A DNA stretch of 64,000 nt from an uncultured Rikenellaceae bacterium (GCA_963802145.1 CAWDHN010000010.1:844230-908229); one strand, 5' to 3'. Positions 18,309 to 28,817 are shown, counted from the first letter of the stretch. Notes: a model not told the origin generated them from the sequence alone. Made by a program: numbers and translations.

Positions 18309-19799
18309 ATGAAAAGATACATAACTATGATATTGCCGGTCTTCCTTCTAAGCCTGTTGTTTACGGGCTGCAATAAGGATGAACCGGAGCCGGATCCGCC
18401 AGCTGAGATCAAGGAGGCAACAGATGTTAACAAATTCATTTACAACTCCCTCGCAACCTATTATCTCTGGGAGGAAAACATCCCTGCCCTCAATAACCCG
18501 AAATACGAAAACAGTGACAGCCTTAATGCTTTTCTGAACAGATATACTGATCCGGAAGCGCTCTTTGACGCCCTGCTCTATACTAAAGACAGATGGTCTT
18601 TCATTGTTGACAGCGCCGAAGAAATTGAAAACTGGATCAACGCAATTTCCGAAAGCGTGGGAATGGATTTTCGGCTTTATTACGTCAGCAGCTCAGGTAA
18701 TAACCTGATAGGGGTGATCCGTTATGTACTGAAGGGATCTCCCGCAGAGCAAGCCGGATTGAAAAGGGGAGACATGTTTATGACAGTCAACGGTCAACAG
18801 CTTACCGATGCAAACTATATGACTTTATTGTTTACTATGAAGAGCTATACCCTTGGACTTGCATCATTCAACGGGGGCGCACCTGCACCCGACGGGAGAA
18901 CCGTTAACCTGACAGCAGTCCTGTTACAGGAAAACCCGGTTTACCTTGATTCCGTGCTGAATATCAACGGCACCAAAATAGGATACCTGCTTTACAATGG
19001 ATTTACTTCCTCCTATGACAGTATCATTAAAAGCTCCTATGACATTGAGCTGAACAAGGCATTCGGAAGATTCAAGAGTGAAGGGATACAGAAACTGATA
19101 CTTGATCTGCGCTATAACGGTGGCGGAAGCATAACAACATCCCAGTACCTGGCCAGCATGATCTATTCCACGGATACAAGAAAGATATTTTCCATATCAC
19201 ACTACAACGATCTGCTGCAGGCATATTTCCGGCAGGAGTACGGCGAGGAGGTGTTCAATGATTACTTCTACAGTACTATATCCGCGACGGATAAGATGCC
19301 TGCCACACCGATCAATTCGCTTGGGTTGGATCAGGTTTATATCATAACAACCTCGGAAACTGCTTCTGCGAGCGAGATGGTGATTAACGGACTGAAGCCC
19401 TATATGACGGTGATACAGGTTGGCACCAACACTACAGGGAAATATGTGGGTTCCATTACTATTACGGATACGGATAACAATGGGATTGTCAATCCGAACC
19501 ATACATGGGCCATGCAACCAATCATTGTCAAGATCTCCAATTCACAGAATGTCTCTGATTTTGATGATGGCCTGACCCCTGACATCAATACCCGGGAATA
19601 TGCTTCCGAACTCCTCCCCTTCTGTGATCCTCAGGAGCCCTTCTTCAAAGCCTGCATTAATCACATGCAGGGATTGAAGAGTGCGCAGGTTGACAAGGGC
19701 GTTGATCTCAAGGGATTCAAATCCTCCGACGACCTTTCTCCAATGGCCAAAACAATAATTATGGATAATATTCTGCCGGGCAATCTGTCCTGGAAATGA
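18309..19799 (+). CDS. S41 family (C-terminal processing-type) peptidase lipoprotein with PDZ domain
   Basis: 496 aa with lipobox LFTGC. It has a PDZ-like segment (GLKRGDMFMTVNGQQL) and an S41 core (LDLRYNGGGS, TSETASASEMV). Confidence 0.8.
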   Translation: MKRYITMILPVFLLSLLFTGCNKDEPEPDPPAEIKEATDVNKFIYNSLATYYLWEENIPALNNPKYENSDSLNAFLNRYTDPEALFDALLYTKDRWSFIVDSAEEIENWINAISESVGMDFRLYYVSSSGNNLIGVIRYVLKGSPAEQAGLKRGDMFMTVNGQQLTDANYMTLLFTMKSYTLGLASFNGGAPAPDGRTVNLTAVLLQENPVYLDSVLNINGTKIGYLLYNGFTSSYDSIIKSSYDIELNKAFGRFKSEGIQKLILDLRYNGGGSITTSQYLASMIYSTDTRKIFSISHYNDLLQAYFRQEYGEEVFNDYFYSTISATDKMPATPINSLGLDQVYIITTSETASASEMVINGLKPYMTVIQVGTNTTGKYVGSITITDTDNNGIVNPNHTWAMQPIIVKISNSQNVSDFDDGLTPDINTREYASELLPFCDPQEPFFKACINHMQGLKSAQVDKGVDLKGFKSSDDLSPMAKTIIMDNILPGNLSWK

Positions 19800-20894
19800 G
19801 TTCCATCAAAGTCCATATTGCCGATGATACTGACAATGACAGTATCATCGGCCTGGCTGAGAAATGCCCGCAGGAAGGCATGATCACCTATTATATCAAC
19901 CGCACTCCACGGTTCAATACTCTGCAACGGCTGCTTGACCCCGATGCATGGCATTTTGTTGCTCGCAAGGAGAAATCCGTCATCGGGCTGGTCGGCGTCG
20001 TTCACTTCCCGGCCAGAGTGCTCGACAAAACATACAAGGCAGGTTATATGCTTGACCTGAGGGTAGATAAAGCATACAGAAGCGGGATCACCGCCTTCAG
20101 ACTCCTGAAGGCCGCTGAGGATCATATCCGCAGATCAGACGCCGATCTGGTGGTCGCCAACTTCCTGAAGGACAATAAGCGTTCCCTGGTTTTTACCAGC
20201 GGCAGAGGTGGTCTTCCGGCAGCACATTATCTTGGTACCAACAGGATTTTCAATATCATTCCGATCCGCCGCATGGCACTGGATAAAAATTATGAGATTG
20301 AAAAGCCCACAGAGAAAGATATCCCGGAGATAGTCAGCCTGTACCGGAAATACGCTTCGGGCTTCAGCCTCGCCCCCGTGATGACAGAAGATCGTTTCAG
20401 AAAATACCTGAGTTCCATCGAAGGCCTTTCCATCGATAACTTCATTGTTGCCAAGGGAACATGGCAGGATCAGGGCAGTTACGGCAGTGTGGGACGAACA
20501 TGCCTATAAGAGCTACCAGGTACTCAAACTGAATTTCAGCATTCGCGTGGTTGCAAAAATCCTGAATTTCCTGTCGCTCTTCATGAAGGTTCCGCATCCG
20601 ATCAGGCTCAATGAGCCGCTCAGGCAGCTCTCCCTTGTTCTGTATGCGCACGACGATTGCCCTGAAGCCCTCGACACCCTGTTCCGGTATGCCAATAACA
20701 TCAACCTGGGCTCGGAGTATACGCTTATTATGCTCTACGCCCAGGAGAATGATCCTGTCTTCAGATCCATGAAAAAATTCATTGGGATATCGGTAAAAAG
20801 CGAAATGTACATCTTTGCAAAAGAGACTCAGTTATTTCAGAAACTGAAACAGGACTCATCAGGTGTTCTCTTCGATCTCAGCATGACTATCTGA
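19796..20894 (+). pseudogene. two-domain GNAT-like acetyltransferase, interrupted by a +1 frameshift as assembled
   Basis: Track ORFs 19796..20509 and 20445..20894 overlap in different frames. Removing one G from the GGG run at 20455-20457 gives a continuous ...IDNFIVAKEHGRIRAVTAVWDEHAYK..., about 365 aa. Confidence 0.65.
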
Positions 20895-20916
20895 TAATCC
20901 CCGGTACCCGGACCGG

Positions 20917-22071
20917 TCAGATACGCTCCAGAAACCACGCCATAAAAATCCCCAGGTAGTTACCGGCAGCTAACCCGATTATGGAGACCGCAAGACCGGA
21001 AAATACAATCTCCCGGTTTTTAAGGGCGCCGGCAACAGCCAGTACGACAGCTGGATTGGTGATCATTGCTGTGGAAGTTATAATATAGGTGTCGGCATCA
21101 ATCTTAAAGATCCAGGACAGAAACGCCTGAATAAGCATTGAACCGAATACTACCAGGGCCACATAGGCAGCAAGCATCATGGCTGCAAGGTCAATATTCC
21201 TCATGTCCGCCCTCGAGGAAATAACCATGCAGAATATCAGGATCAGGTACATGCCCAGCTCGAACGATTTATCCATTTTCTTTATTGCCGGGATCAATGA
21301 GGCGCCTATCCCCAGTGATGTTATTATCAGGATAACTGCTGTCATCTGTGATGACTCGGGAACAACGAGGGTTGCAGCCGCTCCGACACCAAAAATTACT
21401 ACAGCGGCACCAAATGCCTTCAGAAGAGGGAGAGCCATATTCCTTTTAAGCATTCCCCAGTAGGGATCGCCACTCTCAGATGCTTCAGCATTTCCCGAGG
21501 CCTGATCAATGTAGGGGTATCCGGGCAGAAAACTCATGAAAAGCCGCTGGGCAATCGTCATGACAAACAGCAGATGAAAGGCTCCTATCACCAGGTCATA
21601 GGTCACTATGACCATGTAGTTGGTCTCATCTGCACCCAGTGCCGTCTGTATAGCAGCAAGGTTGGGCGTGCTGCCCGTGTAGAGGCCAACCATCATCCCT
21701 GAAACATCCCACAGGCTTTCGATACCCTGGCTCCTGAAAATAAAAAACCCGGCAATAACCGAAATAATGACGGCTGCCAGGGCAAACGCCAGAGACAGCA
21801 TCGTCTTACCGGCAATCTTTGTCCATTTCTTAATGTCCATTGAGAAGAGCAACAATGGGATAGCTATGGGGATGGTCAGCGTCGTCAGCAGCTCCTGTGC
21901 CTTTGCATGACCTTCTATCATTGACAGCAGACCTGTGTTTCCGATCACGAAGCCAAACACATAAGCAATAACGACTGCCCCAATCTTGTTCAGGAAGCTG
22001 TAACGGTGGCAGAGACGCAAGATAAGTAACGGGGAGAGAAGGAAGAATAAAACGAGTATGATTATTGCCAT
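20917..22071 (-). CDS. DUF819-type polytopic membrane protein
   Basis: 384 aa with about 11 TM helices. The N-terminus MAIIILVLFFLLSPLLILRLCHRYSFLNKIGAVV resembles the DUF819/YjcL family. Confidence 0.6.
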   Translation of the reverse strand: MAIIILVLFFLLSPLLILRLCHRYSFLNKIGAVVIAYVFGFVIGNTGLLSMIEGHAKAQELLTTLTIPIAIPLLLFSMDIKKWTKIAGKTMLSLAFALAAVIISVIAGFFIFRSQGIESLWDVSGMMVGLYTGSTPNLAAIQTALGADETNYMVIVTYDLVIGAFHLLFVMTIAQRLFMSFLPGYPYIDQASGNAEASESGDPYWGMLKRNMALPLLKAFGAAVVIFGVGAAATLVVPESSQMTAVILIITSLGIGASLIPAIKKMDKSFELGMYLILIFCMVISSRADMRNIDLAAMMLAAYVALVVFGSMLIQAFLSWIFKIDADTYIITSTAMITNPAVVLAVAGALKNREIVFSGLAVSIIGLAAGNYLGIFMAWFLERI

Positions 22072-22229
22072 AATTCAATTCCGAGGTGCCAAAATAGCAA
22101 TAAGTTTTAACGAGGGATTATCTGTCAATGAATTAAATTGGTCGTAAATTGTTTTTAAGTATATGAAAAAACAATATTGGTAAACGTTTTTTCCTCTCAC
22201 GTGTTTAGCTATCACAGGACAATTGCAGC

Positions 22230-24446
22230 ATGACTGACAAATCGTTTGCCATAGAAGGCATGAACTGCGCATCATGTGCAGCACATGTAGAGAAGGCCGC
22301 CGCGAAGGTGGAGGGGATATCCTTTGCCAGCGTCAACCTGGCAACGGAACGGCTTACGGTCAGCTATGACGAAAAAAAAACCTCATTGAACCAGGTCATC
22401 GAAGCCGTCAGCAAGGCGGGATACAAGGCGACAGATGACGAAAAGGAACGAAAGGCGTCGCGCCCGGAGACGCAAAGACTGAAGACCAGGCTCATCTGGT
22501 CGGTTCTGTTCACCCTTCCCCTCCTGGTTCTCACAATGTCAGCCATGGCCGGCGTCAGGCTACCCTCTTTCCTCTCCCCCGAAACCAGTCCGTTTACCTT
22601 TGCCATCATACAGTTTATCCTTACCACCCCTGTCGTTTTCACCGGCCACAGTTTCTACACGGCAGGCTCAAAGACACTCATCAGGGGCAATCCCGGCATG
22701 GATACGCTTGTTGCCATGGGCACAGCTGCCGCCTACCTCTACAGTATCTACGCCACCTTCCGGGTTGCCGGCGGTGATAACCATTATGTCCATAACCTCT
22801 ATTATGAATCAGCGGCAGCCATCATCACCCTGATAACCACAGGCCGTTACCTGGAGGCACGTTCCAAATCAAAGGCCGGCAGTGCCATCAGGCAACTGCT
22901 CAACCTTGCTCCTCCGCTGGCAACGGTGCTGCGCGACGGAAAGGCAAAGACGGTGCCGGCATCGAAGGTGATGGTGGGTGAGCTTGTCATGGTAAGGCCC
23001 GGCGAACGTTTCCCCGTTGACGGCATCGTCATCGAAGGTGAGACATCAGCCGACGAGTCGATGCTCACCGGTGAGAGTATCCCGGTGGAGAAGAGTGAAG
23101 GCTCGGAGGTTACTGGTGCAAGTGTCAACCTGCACGGGTCAGTCACATGCAGGGCCACCCGCGTGGGGAGTGCGACCACACTGGCACAGATCATAAGGCT
23201 CGTTGAGGAGGCGCAGGGCTCGAAAGCGCCAATCGCCAGGCTTGCCGACAAGATATCCGGCATCTTTGTTCCGGTGGTCATCGCGCTGGCCCTGCTGGCA
23301 GCCACGGGCTGGCTGATCGGGACCGGCGATTTCAGGCTGGCTTTCACGGTGCTGATCTCGGTGCTGATAATAGCCTGCCCCTGTGCACTGGGACTGGCCA
23401 CACCAGTTGCAGTGATGGTAGGGACGGGAAGAGGTGCCCGCCAGGGTATTCTCATCAAGAGCGGCGCAGCACTTGAGACCGCACGGAAAGCAACCGTGGC
23501 AGTGCTCGATAAGACTGGCACCATAACCACAGGTAAACCCGTGATCACGGATATTGCCCCGGCACCAGCCTCAGATGCAGAAAGAGTGCTAGCCATTGCG
23601 GCATCAGCCGAAGCTCGGTCAGAGCACCCGGTGGCCAAAGCTGTTAATGAGCGTGCCGCGGAGAACGGCCTGACCGTCACTATGCCCGAGAGGTTTACAG
23701 CCCTGCCCGGTTACGGGGTAGAGGCCTATGCTGACGGCACCCATATACTTGCCGGCAACAGGCGACTGATGGAAGAGAGAAAAGTGAATACGGAATGGGC
23801 TGCCATTACCGCTGACCAGCTTGCCTCGGAAGGGAAGACAATATTGTATATCGCTGCCAACGGCATCTGCGAGGGGCTGATAGCCGTTGCCGATACTCTC
23901 CGTCCGGGCTCGGAAGAGGCTGTCAGGGATCTGACACGAATGGGACTCGAGGTGATGATGATAACAGGTGACGGCGAGCAGACTGCAAGGCATATTGCAC
24001 GACAGGCAGGCATCGGCAATGTGATAGCAGGAGTGCTCCCGGGAGATAAGGCTGAGGAGATCAGGAAAATAAGCAAGAGAGGTGACACCGTAATTATGGT
24101 CGGCGATGGTATCAATGACTCCCCTGCCCTGGTGACGGCCGACGTAGGCATAGCAATCGGCTCCGGAACAGACGTGGCGATGGAGGCTGCCGACGTGGTG
24201 CTGATAAAGAACGACCTGCGTGATGTGGTGAAAACACTGAAACTTAGTCGCGCAACCATACGCAACATAAAACAGAACCTCTTCTGGGCATTCTTCTACA
24301 ACATTCTTGGCATACCGGTAGCCATGGGAGTGCTCCATCTTTTTGGCGGTCCGCTGTTAAACCCCATGATTGCAGCAGCAGCCATGAGTTTCAGTTCTCT
24401 TTCAGTGGTCTGGAATGCCCTGAGAATCAGAAATATGAAACTTTAA
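22230..24446 (+). CDS. copA: copper-translocating P1B-type ATPase
   Basis: 738 aa. It has an N-terminal HMA domain ([11 protein letters not shown]), the TM metal site CPC, the phosphorylation site DKTGT and the hinge [10 protein letters not shown]. Confidence 0.93.
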   Translation: MTDKSFAIEGMNCASCAAHVEKAAAKVEGISFASVNLATERLTVSYDEKKTSLNQVIEAVSKAGYKATDDEKERKASRPETQRLKTRLIWSVLFTLPLLVLTMSAMAGVRLPSFLSPETSPFTFAIIQFILTTPVVFTGHSFYTAGSKTLIRGNPGMDTLVAMGTAAAYLYSIYATFRVAGGDNHYVHNLYYESAAAIITLITTGRYLEARSKSKAGSAIRQLLNLAPPLATVLRDGKAKTVPASKVMVGELVMVRPGERFPVDGIVIEGETSADESMLTGESIPVEKSEGSEVTGASVNLHGSVTCRATRVGSATTLAQIIRLVEEAQGSKAPIARLADKISGIFVPVVIALALLAATGWLIGTGDFRLAFTVLISVLIIACPCALGLATPVAVMVGTGRGARQGILIKSGAALETARKATVAVLDKTGTITTGKPVITDIAPAPASDAERVLAIAASAEARSEHPVAKAVNERAAENGLTVTMPERFTALPGYGVEAYADGTHILAGNRRLMEERKVNTEWAAITADQLASEGKTILYIAANGICEGLIAVADTLRPGSEEAVRDLTRMGLEVMMITGDGEQTARHIARQAGIGNVIAGVLPGDKAEEIRKISKRGDTVIMVGDGINDSPALVTADVGIAIGSGTDVAMEAADVVLIKNDLRDVVKTLKLSRATIRNIKQNLFWAFFYNILGIPVAMGVLHLFGGPLLNPMIAAAAMSFSSLSVVWNALRIRNMKL

Positions 24447-24560
24447 TTAAAAAGTTCCCGTTTTTTTTGGCGCAGGAATTAAACCTTTCACAACTGTTTC
24501 CGTCAGAGTAATTGTAAACAGGAAACAATCAAAATAAATCATAACTAAAAACAATTACTC

Positions 24561-24968
24561 ATGAGAACAAGACTATTTTTCACAGCGTTAGCCTTCATGG
24601 CATTGACAGTAATCGCATCAGCACAGACTGCAGGCCAGGCCGGCAAACCGGCCGGTCAGGGAAACGCACAGGGAGCCGCCTGGGTGGATGCCAACAATGA
24701 CGGTGTATGTGACAATTTTACGGCCGGCACTCGGAATGGCCGCGGTCAGGGCAAGGGACAGGGTCAGGCAGAATGTACCGGTCGCGGTCCCGGTCATGGC
24801 AAAGGACAGGGGATCCACAACGGTAGCGGCAAAGGACAGGGATCTGCAGCCGGTAACGGACAGGGACGCGGCAACGGCCAGGGCCGGTACAATGGCAGAG
24901 GCCCGGCATTTGCAGATGCCAACAATGACGGTGTATGCGATAACCTTGCTACAGCACCAAAGAAATAA
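24561..24968 (+). CDS. secreted Gly/Gln/Asn-rich low-complexity protein bracketed by two DANNDGVCDN loops
   Basis: 135 aa with a signal peptide (ALTVIASAQ). The core contains GQGKGQGQ / GNGQGRGNGQGR repeats. A near-identical 30-nt motif occurs at 24687-24716 and at 24915-24944. Confidence 0.6.
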   Translation: MRTRLFFTALAFMALTVIASAQTAGQAGKPAGQGNAQGAAWVDANNDGVCDNFTAGTRNGRGQGKGQGQAECTGRGPGHGKGQGIHNGSGKGQGSAAGNGQGRGNGQGRYNGRGPAFADANNDGVCDNLATAPKK

Positions 24969-24994
24969 CTACTACCCGCAATGCCAATAAGAAG

Positions 24995-25022
24995 AGAGAC
25001 CCTTACCGGTCTCTTTTTTTGT
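24995..25022 (+). terminator. rho-independent terminator
   Basis: The stem is agagacc-cttacc-ggtctct, followed by a T7 run. Confidence 0.8.
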
Positions 25023-25128
25023 TCATTAAAATGCCAAAGTGCTACAATGCTATATATTAGCGCTCGGCCCTCTATTGCCTTCTGACATATCTGTACTAAC
25101 TTTATGCATTCGCCATTAACACTTAACC

Positions 25129-27219
25129 TTGCAGCTCAGCATTATCATACCCCTCTACAACGAAGCCGGTGTCATTGAGACGACCCTCAGAAGGCTCCGT
25201 GATGTCCGGATGCCAGACTTTGTAGAACATACAGAGGTGATAATTGTCGACGACTTCTCCTCAGACAACTCCGCCGGGCTGGCTGAAAAGATCTCACCGG
25301 AAGCTTTCGAAACAAGGGTGATCAGGCTCACCGTCAACAGCGGCAAGGGAGCGGCAGTGGCTGCCGGAGTGAGAGCTGCAAGGGGAGATACCATCATAGT
25401 ACAGGATGCCGACCTCGAGCTTGACCCTTCGGACATACCCGCACTCCTTGAGAAACTTCACAGCGGAGACCTTGACCTCGTCAGCGGCACCCGTTTCAGA
25501 ACCGGGACTCGCTATCGCGGTCATGCCGCAATGGCTACCGCGGTCAACAGGCTCCTCTCATTTACTGCCTCAAGGCTTACAGGGCGGACAATCACCGATC
25601 TGACATGCGGGTACAAGGTTTTCAGGAAAGAGCTCTATGAGAGGCTCACACTGAATGAGAAACGGTTCGGATTTGAGACGGAGCTGATGCTCAAAGCCCT
25701 TCGCGATAAAGGAACAACTTACGATGAAGCTGACGTAGTCTACCTGCCCCGCAAAAAAACTGAGGGAAAGAAGATAACAATAAGCGATGGGCTGGGTATA
25801 ACGGCAAAGACTTTCAGGTACGGCCTTGCAGGGAAAAACTGGTGGTCAGGACTGACAATTGCCTTCATAATCACCTTCATGACAATTAACATGCTGACCG
25901 TAAAGCACTGGAGAGATGAACAGCGGGTAATTGAGTGGGATGCCATCTCCTATTATGCCTATCTGCCTGCAGCATTCATCCACCACGACCTTTCGCTGAG
26001 CTTTGCCGACGGCTACGAGGGACCACATAAATTAATAGTATGGCCGGAGAGAGGTCCTGAAGGAAAATATGTGATCAAGACCACAATGGGGCTCTCCCTT
26101 TTGTGGATGCCGTTCTTCCTGGCGGGACATGTAACGGCTCTCATCTCGGGAGCTGACGCGGGAGGCTATTCGGAGCCCTATAAGTTCTTCCTGCTTGTCT
26201 CAGCATTGTTGTTCATGCTGGCGGGGCTGATCTTTCTACGGAGAATATTGCTGGCACATGCCTCCGACAGAATTACAGCCCTGGTGCTGGCATCATTTGC
26301 CTTCGGTACCAACCTCTACTGGTACACCCTCTTCCAGGGTACGATGGCACATGTCTATAACTTCGCGCTCATCAGTGCCTTTATATTGTACTCGATGAAA
26401 TGGCATGCGGGACTAACGCCCGGGGGGGAGGGCGGTCAGAGGTCAGCATGGCGTGCGGTGAGGCTGGGATTGCTGCTGGGTCTGATCACACTTATCAGAC
26501 CAACGAACATTATCATTGTAATTTTCTTTCTTCTGTACGGTGTTCTCTCACCGGCAGGACTGAAACAGAGGATCAGGGAGATGGGGGCTGACTACAGGTA
26601 TTTGATGATTATCGGACTGGTGGTCTTTGTTGTATGGGTGCCGCAGATGATCTACTGGAGAGAGATGACCGGGAAATTTTTATGGTTTTCATACGGAAGC
26701 GACGAACGGTTCTTTTTTGGCGACCCGGCCATTTTAAAAGGGCTCTTCAGCTGGCGCAAGGGCCTCTTCATTTACACTCCGCTCATGCTCTTCTCTTTTG
26801 CAGGAGTAATTGCTCTCTGGATCAGACGATCACTTCATGCCCTTGCCGTGACTCTTTTCCTGCCGCTGAACATCTACATCATCTTCGCATGGTGGTGCTG
26901 GTGGTATGGTGGAGGGTTCGGTCAGCGAGCCTTCATAGACAGCTATGCCCTTATGGCCGTGGCTGCGGCCGCATTGCTTTCACAGGCGCTGGCCGCACGG
27001 ATCAGGTGGATCAAGACAATGATACTGTCAATTTTCTTTCTGCTGATGTCACTCGGCATCTTCAATAACTTCCAGTACTATCACGGTGCAATACACTGGG
27101 ATTCCATGACGAAGGAAGCTTACCTCGATTCCTTCGGGAGAGTCAGGCCTTCGGCAGGTTTTTACGACCTGCTCGAGGCTCCAGACTACGACAAAGCAAA
27201 AGAGGGCGCTGACAGATAG
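25129..27219 (+). CDS. fusion protein: GT2 (Dpm1/polyprenyl-phosphate glycosyltransferase-like) domain + polytopic GT-C/ArnT-like membrane domain
   Basis: 696 aa with a TTG start. The N-terminal ~230 aa have IIIPLYNEAG, VDDFSSDNS and VQDADLE motifs. The C-terminal ~460 aa contain at least 10 TM helices. Confidence 0.75.
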   Translation: MQLSIIIPLYNEAGVIETTLRRLRDVRMPDFVEHTEVIIVDDFSSDNSAGLAEKISPEAFETRVIRLTVNSGKGAAVAAGVRAARGDTIIVQDADLELDPSDIPALLEKLHSGDLDLVSGTRFRTGTRYRGHAAMATAVNRLLSFTASRLTGRTITDLTCGYKVFRKELYERLTLNEKRFGFETELMLKALRDKGTTYDEADVVYLPRKKTEGKKITISDGLGITAKTFRYGLAGKNWWSGLTIAFIITFMTINMLTVKHWRDEQRVIEWDAISYYAYLPAAFIHHDLSLSFADGYEGPHKLIVWPERGPEGKYVIKTTMGLSLLWMPFFLAGHVTALISGADAGGYSEPYKFFLLVSALLFMLAGLIFLRRILLAHASDRITALVLASFAFGTNLYWYTLFQGTMAHVYNFALISAFILYSMKWHAGLTPGGEGGQRSAWRAVRLGLLLGLITLIRPTNIIIVIFFLLYGVLSPAGLKQRIREMGADYRYLMIIGLVVFVVWVPQMIYWREMTGKFLWFSYGSDERFFFGDPAILKGLFSWRKGLFIYTPLMLFSFAGVIALWIRRSLHALAVTLFLPLNIYIIFAWWCWWYGGGFGQRAFIDSYALMAVAAAALLSQALAARIRWIKTMILSIFFLLMSLGIFNNFQYYHGAIHWDSMTKEAYLDSFGRVRPSAGFYDLLEAPDYDKAKEGADR

Positions 27220-27328
27220 TACTCTGTCAGCAGCCCTCCAAACCAATCAACACAAAATTATCCTCACTGGCGGCTTCAGATATCTGCTTTGATGCCAGTG
27301 TCAAAAGGTTATCTGCCCGGTGGCTGAA

Positions 27329-27751
27329 TTATTGTGCCTTCTGTATGCTTGAGAGGATGTAATCCTTCGGCTTTACTCCGATAATCCTCTCAACCTCCTT
27401 GCCGTCCTTGAACAGTATCATCGTGGGGATGTTCCTGATACCGTACTTGGCAGCTATCTGCTGCTGCTCGTCCACATTGAGCTTGTAGATTTTTGCGTTG
27501 TCCTCAGTGGCAACAGCCACCTCATTGAGTATCGGAGCCATCATCTTGCACGGCATGCACCAAGCAGCCCAGAAATCGACCAGCACCACCCCGCTCTTCG
27601 TTTTGTGGGCAAAATTCTGGGCAGTAAGATGTTCAATCAGCTCACTGTCTTCAACAGCCGGGGCATTCTTCATTTTGCTGTATGAACGGTAAACCAGCAC
27701 AGCCACTACGGCTATCACAACAACTGCTATTATAAGTCCTTTCATCTTCAT
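27329..27751 (-). CDS. membrane-anchored thioredoxin
   Basis: 140 aa. It has an N-terminal TM helix and the active site WCMPC. Confidence 0.85.
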   Translation of the reverse strand: MKMKGLIIAVVVIAVVAVLVYRSYSKMKNAPAVEDSELIEHLTAQNFAHKTKSGVVLVDFWAAWCMPCKMMAPILNEVAVATEDNAKIYKLNVDEQQQIAAKYGIRNIPTMILFKDGKEVERIIGVKPKDYILSSIQKAQ

Positions 27752-27875
27752 CAGTTTAAAATTTGTAATTCATTGATCTGAAAGATTGTCCCGCAAAAAC
27801 GGGAGAATCCATATTCTAACGAAATTATGTTTGTATATGTGTGTTTTTAAATAATATACGAAGGTAATCCACTCC

Positions 27876-28814
27876 TTAATTTCTTTTAAGTGAATGCAGG
27901 TAGTCGGCTGCAGCCAGTGCGGCAACAGTGCCGTCGGCAACGGCTGTGGTGACCTGCCTGTAACGTTTGACCACGGCATCGCCGGCAGCATATACGCCTT
28001 CGATATTTGTCGACATATCCGCCCCGGTAACAATTTCTCCGCGTTCATTGAGATTGACCAGGCCTTTCAGCGACTCCGTGTTTGGCACATATCCGATGAA
28101 GACAAAAACACCGTCAGTTTTGAAGTCGGTCACTTCGCCGGAGACAAGGTTCCTTATCTTAACCCCTTCAAGCTTCTCATCCCCATAGAAGGTATCGATG
28201 GTAGATGACATGATGAAGCTGATCTTCGGATTGGCCTTTGCCTCTTCAACGGCATACTCGAAAGCCTGGAAATGGTCAAACTGGTGGACTATAGTGACTT
28301 TGGTCGCATACCTGGTAAGTGACACCGCCTCCTCGAGGGCTGAATTCCCCCCTCCCACAACCACTATCTCCTTCCCGGTGAAGAAGTCTCCGTCACAGGT
28401 GGCGCAGTATGATATTCCCCTTCCCCTGAAGGTATCCTCCCCTTCTACGCCGAGGGTACGCGAGCGGCCTCCGGTGGCAAGGATCACGGCATCTGCCGTG
28501 AAGGTCTGGCCGTCAGCGGTGGTTATGCTCTTCAGGGAGCCGTCAAGTGACATTGTGCCAATCTCGCTGTTTGCCTTCACCACTGCGCCAAAAGCGGTAG
28601 CCTGCTTCTTCATCACCGACCCCAGCATATACCCGTTTATCTTTTCTATTCCGGGATAGTTGGCTATCTCGTGTGTCAGCGTCATCTGTCCTCCCGGAGT
28701 GCCCTCGGTGAGCACCAGGGTCTTTACCCTGGCACGCGAGAGGTATATGGCGGCGGTTAATCCTGCCGGGCCACCCCCGAGAACGATGACATCATAATGA
28801 GCAATGCTCTCCAT
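27876..28814 (-). CDS. trxB: thioredoxin-disulfide reductase
   Basis: 312 aa. It has the FAD motif GGGPAG, the redox centre CATCDG and the NADPH motif GGGNSA. Confidence 0.93.
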   Translation of the reverse strand: MESIAHYDVIVLGGGPAGLTAAIYLSRARVKTLVLTEGTPGGQMTLTHEIANYPGIEKINGYMLGSVMKKQATAFGAVVKANSEIGTMSLDGSLKSITTADGQTFTADAVILATGGRSRTLGVEGEDTFRGRGISYCATCDGDFFTGKEIVVVGGGNSALEEAVSLTRYATKVTIVHQFDHFQAFEYAVEEAKANPKISFIMSSTIDTFYGDEKLEGVKIRNLVSGEVTDFKTDGVFVFIGYVPNTESLKGLVNLNERGEIVTGADMSTNIEGVYAAGDAVVKRYRQVTTAVADGTVAALAAADYLHSLKRN

Positions 28815-28817
28815 GTT

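Noticed and set aside
22847-23680. 277-aa minus-strand ORF, and a 239-aa ORF at 23619-24338, inside copA
   Set aside because: Both lie entirely antisense to a well-supported P-type ATPase gene. Their Ala/Ser/Thr/Pro-rich composition is typical of shadow frames in GC-rich coding DNA, and neither has a recognisable motif.
24688-24990. Alternative-frame 100-aa ORF and two minus-strand ORFs within the Gly-rich gene
   Set aside because: The repetitive GGN/CAG-rich DNA is open in several frames. Only the 24561 frame has a signal peptide and the duplicated in-frame DANNDGVCDN motif.
27208-27231. Perfect 8-bp hairpin (GCTGACAG-N8-CTGTCAGC) overlapping the stop codon of the GT2 fusion gene
   Set aside because: It has no downstream T-run and a short stem, so the evidence is insufficient to call a terminator.
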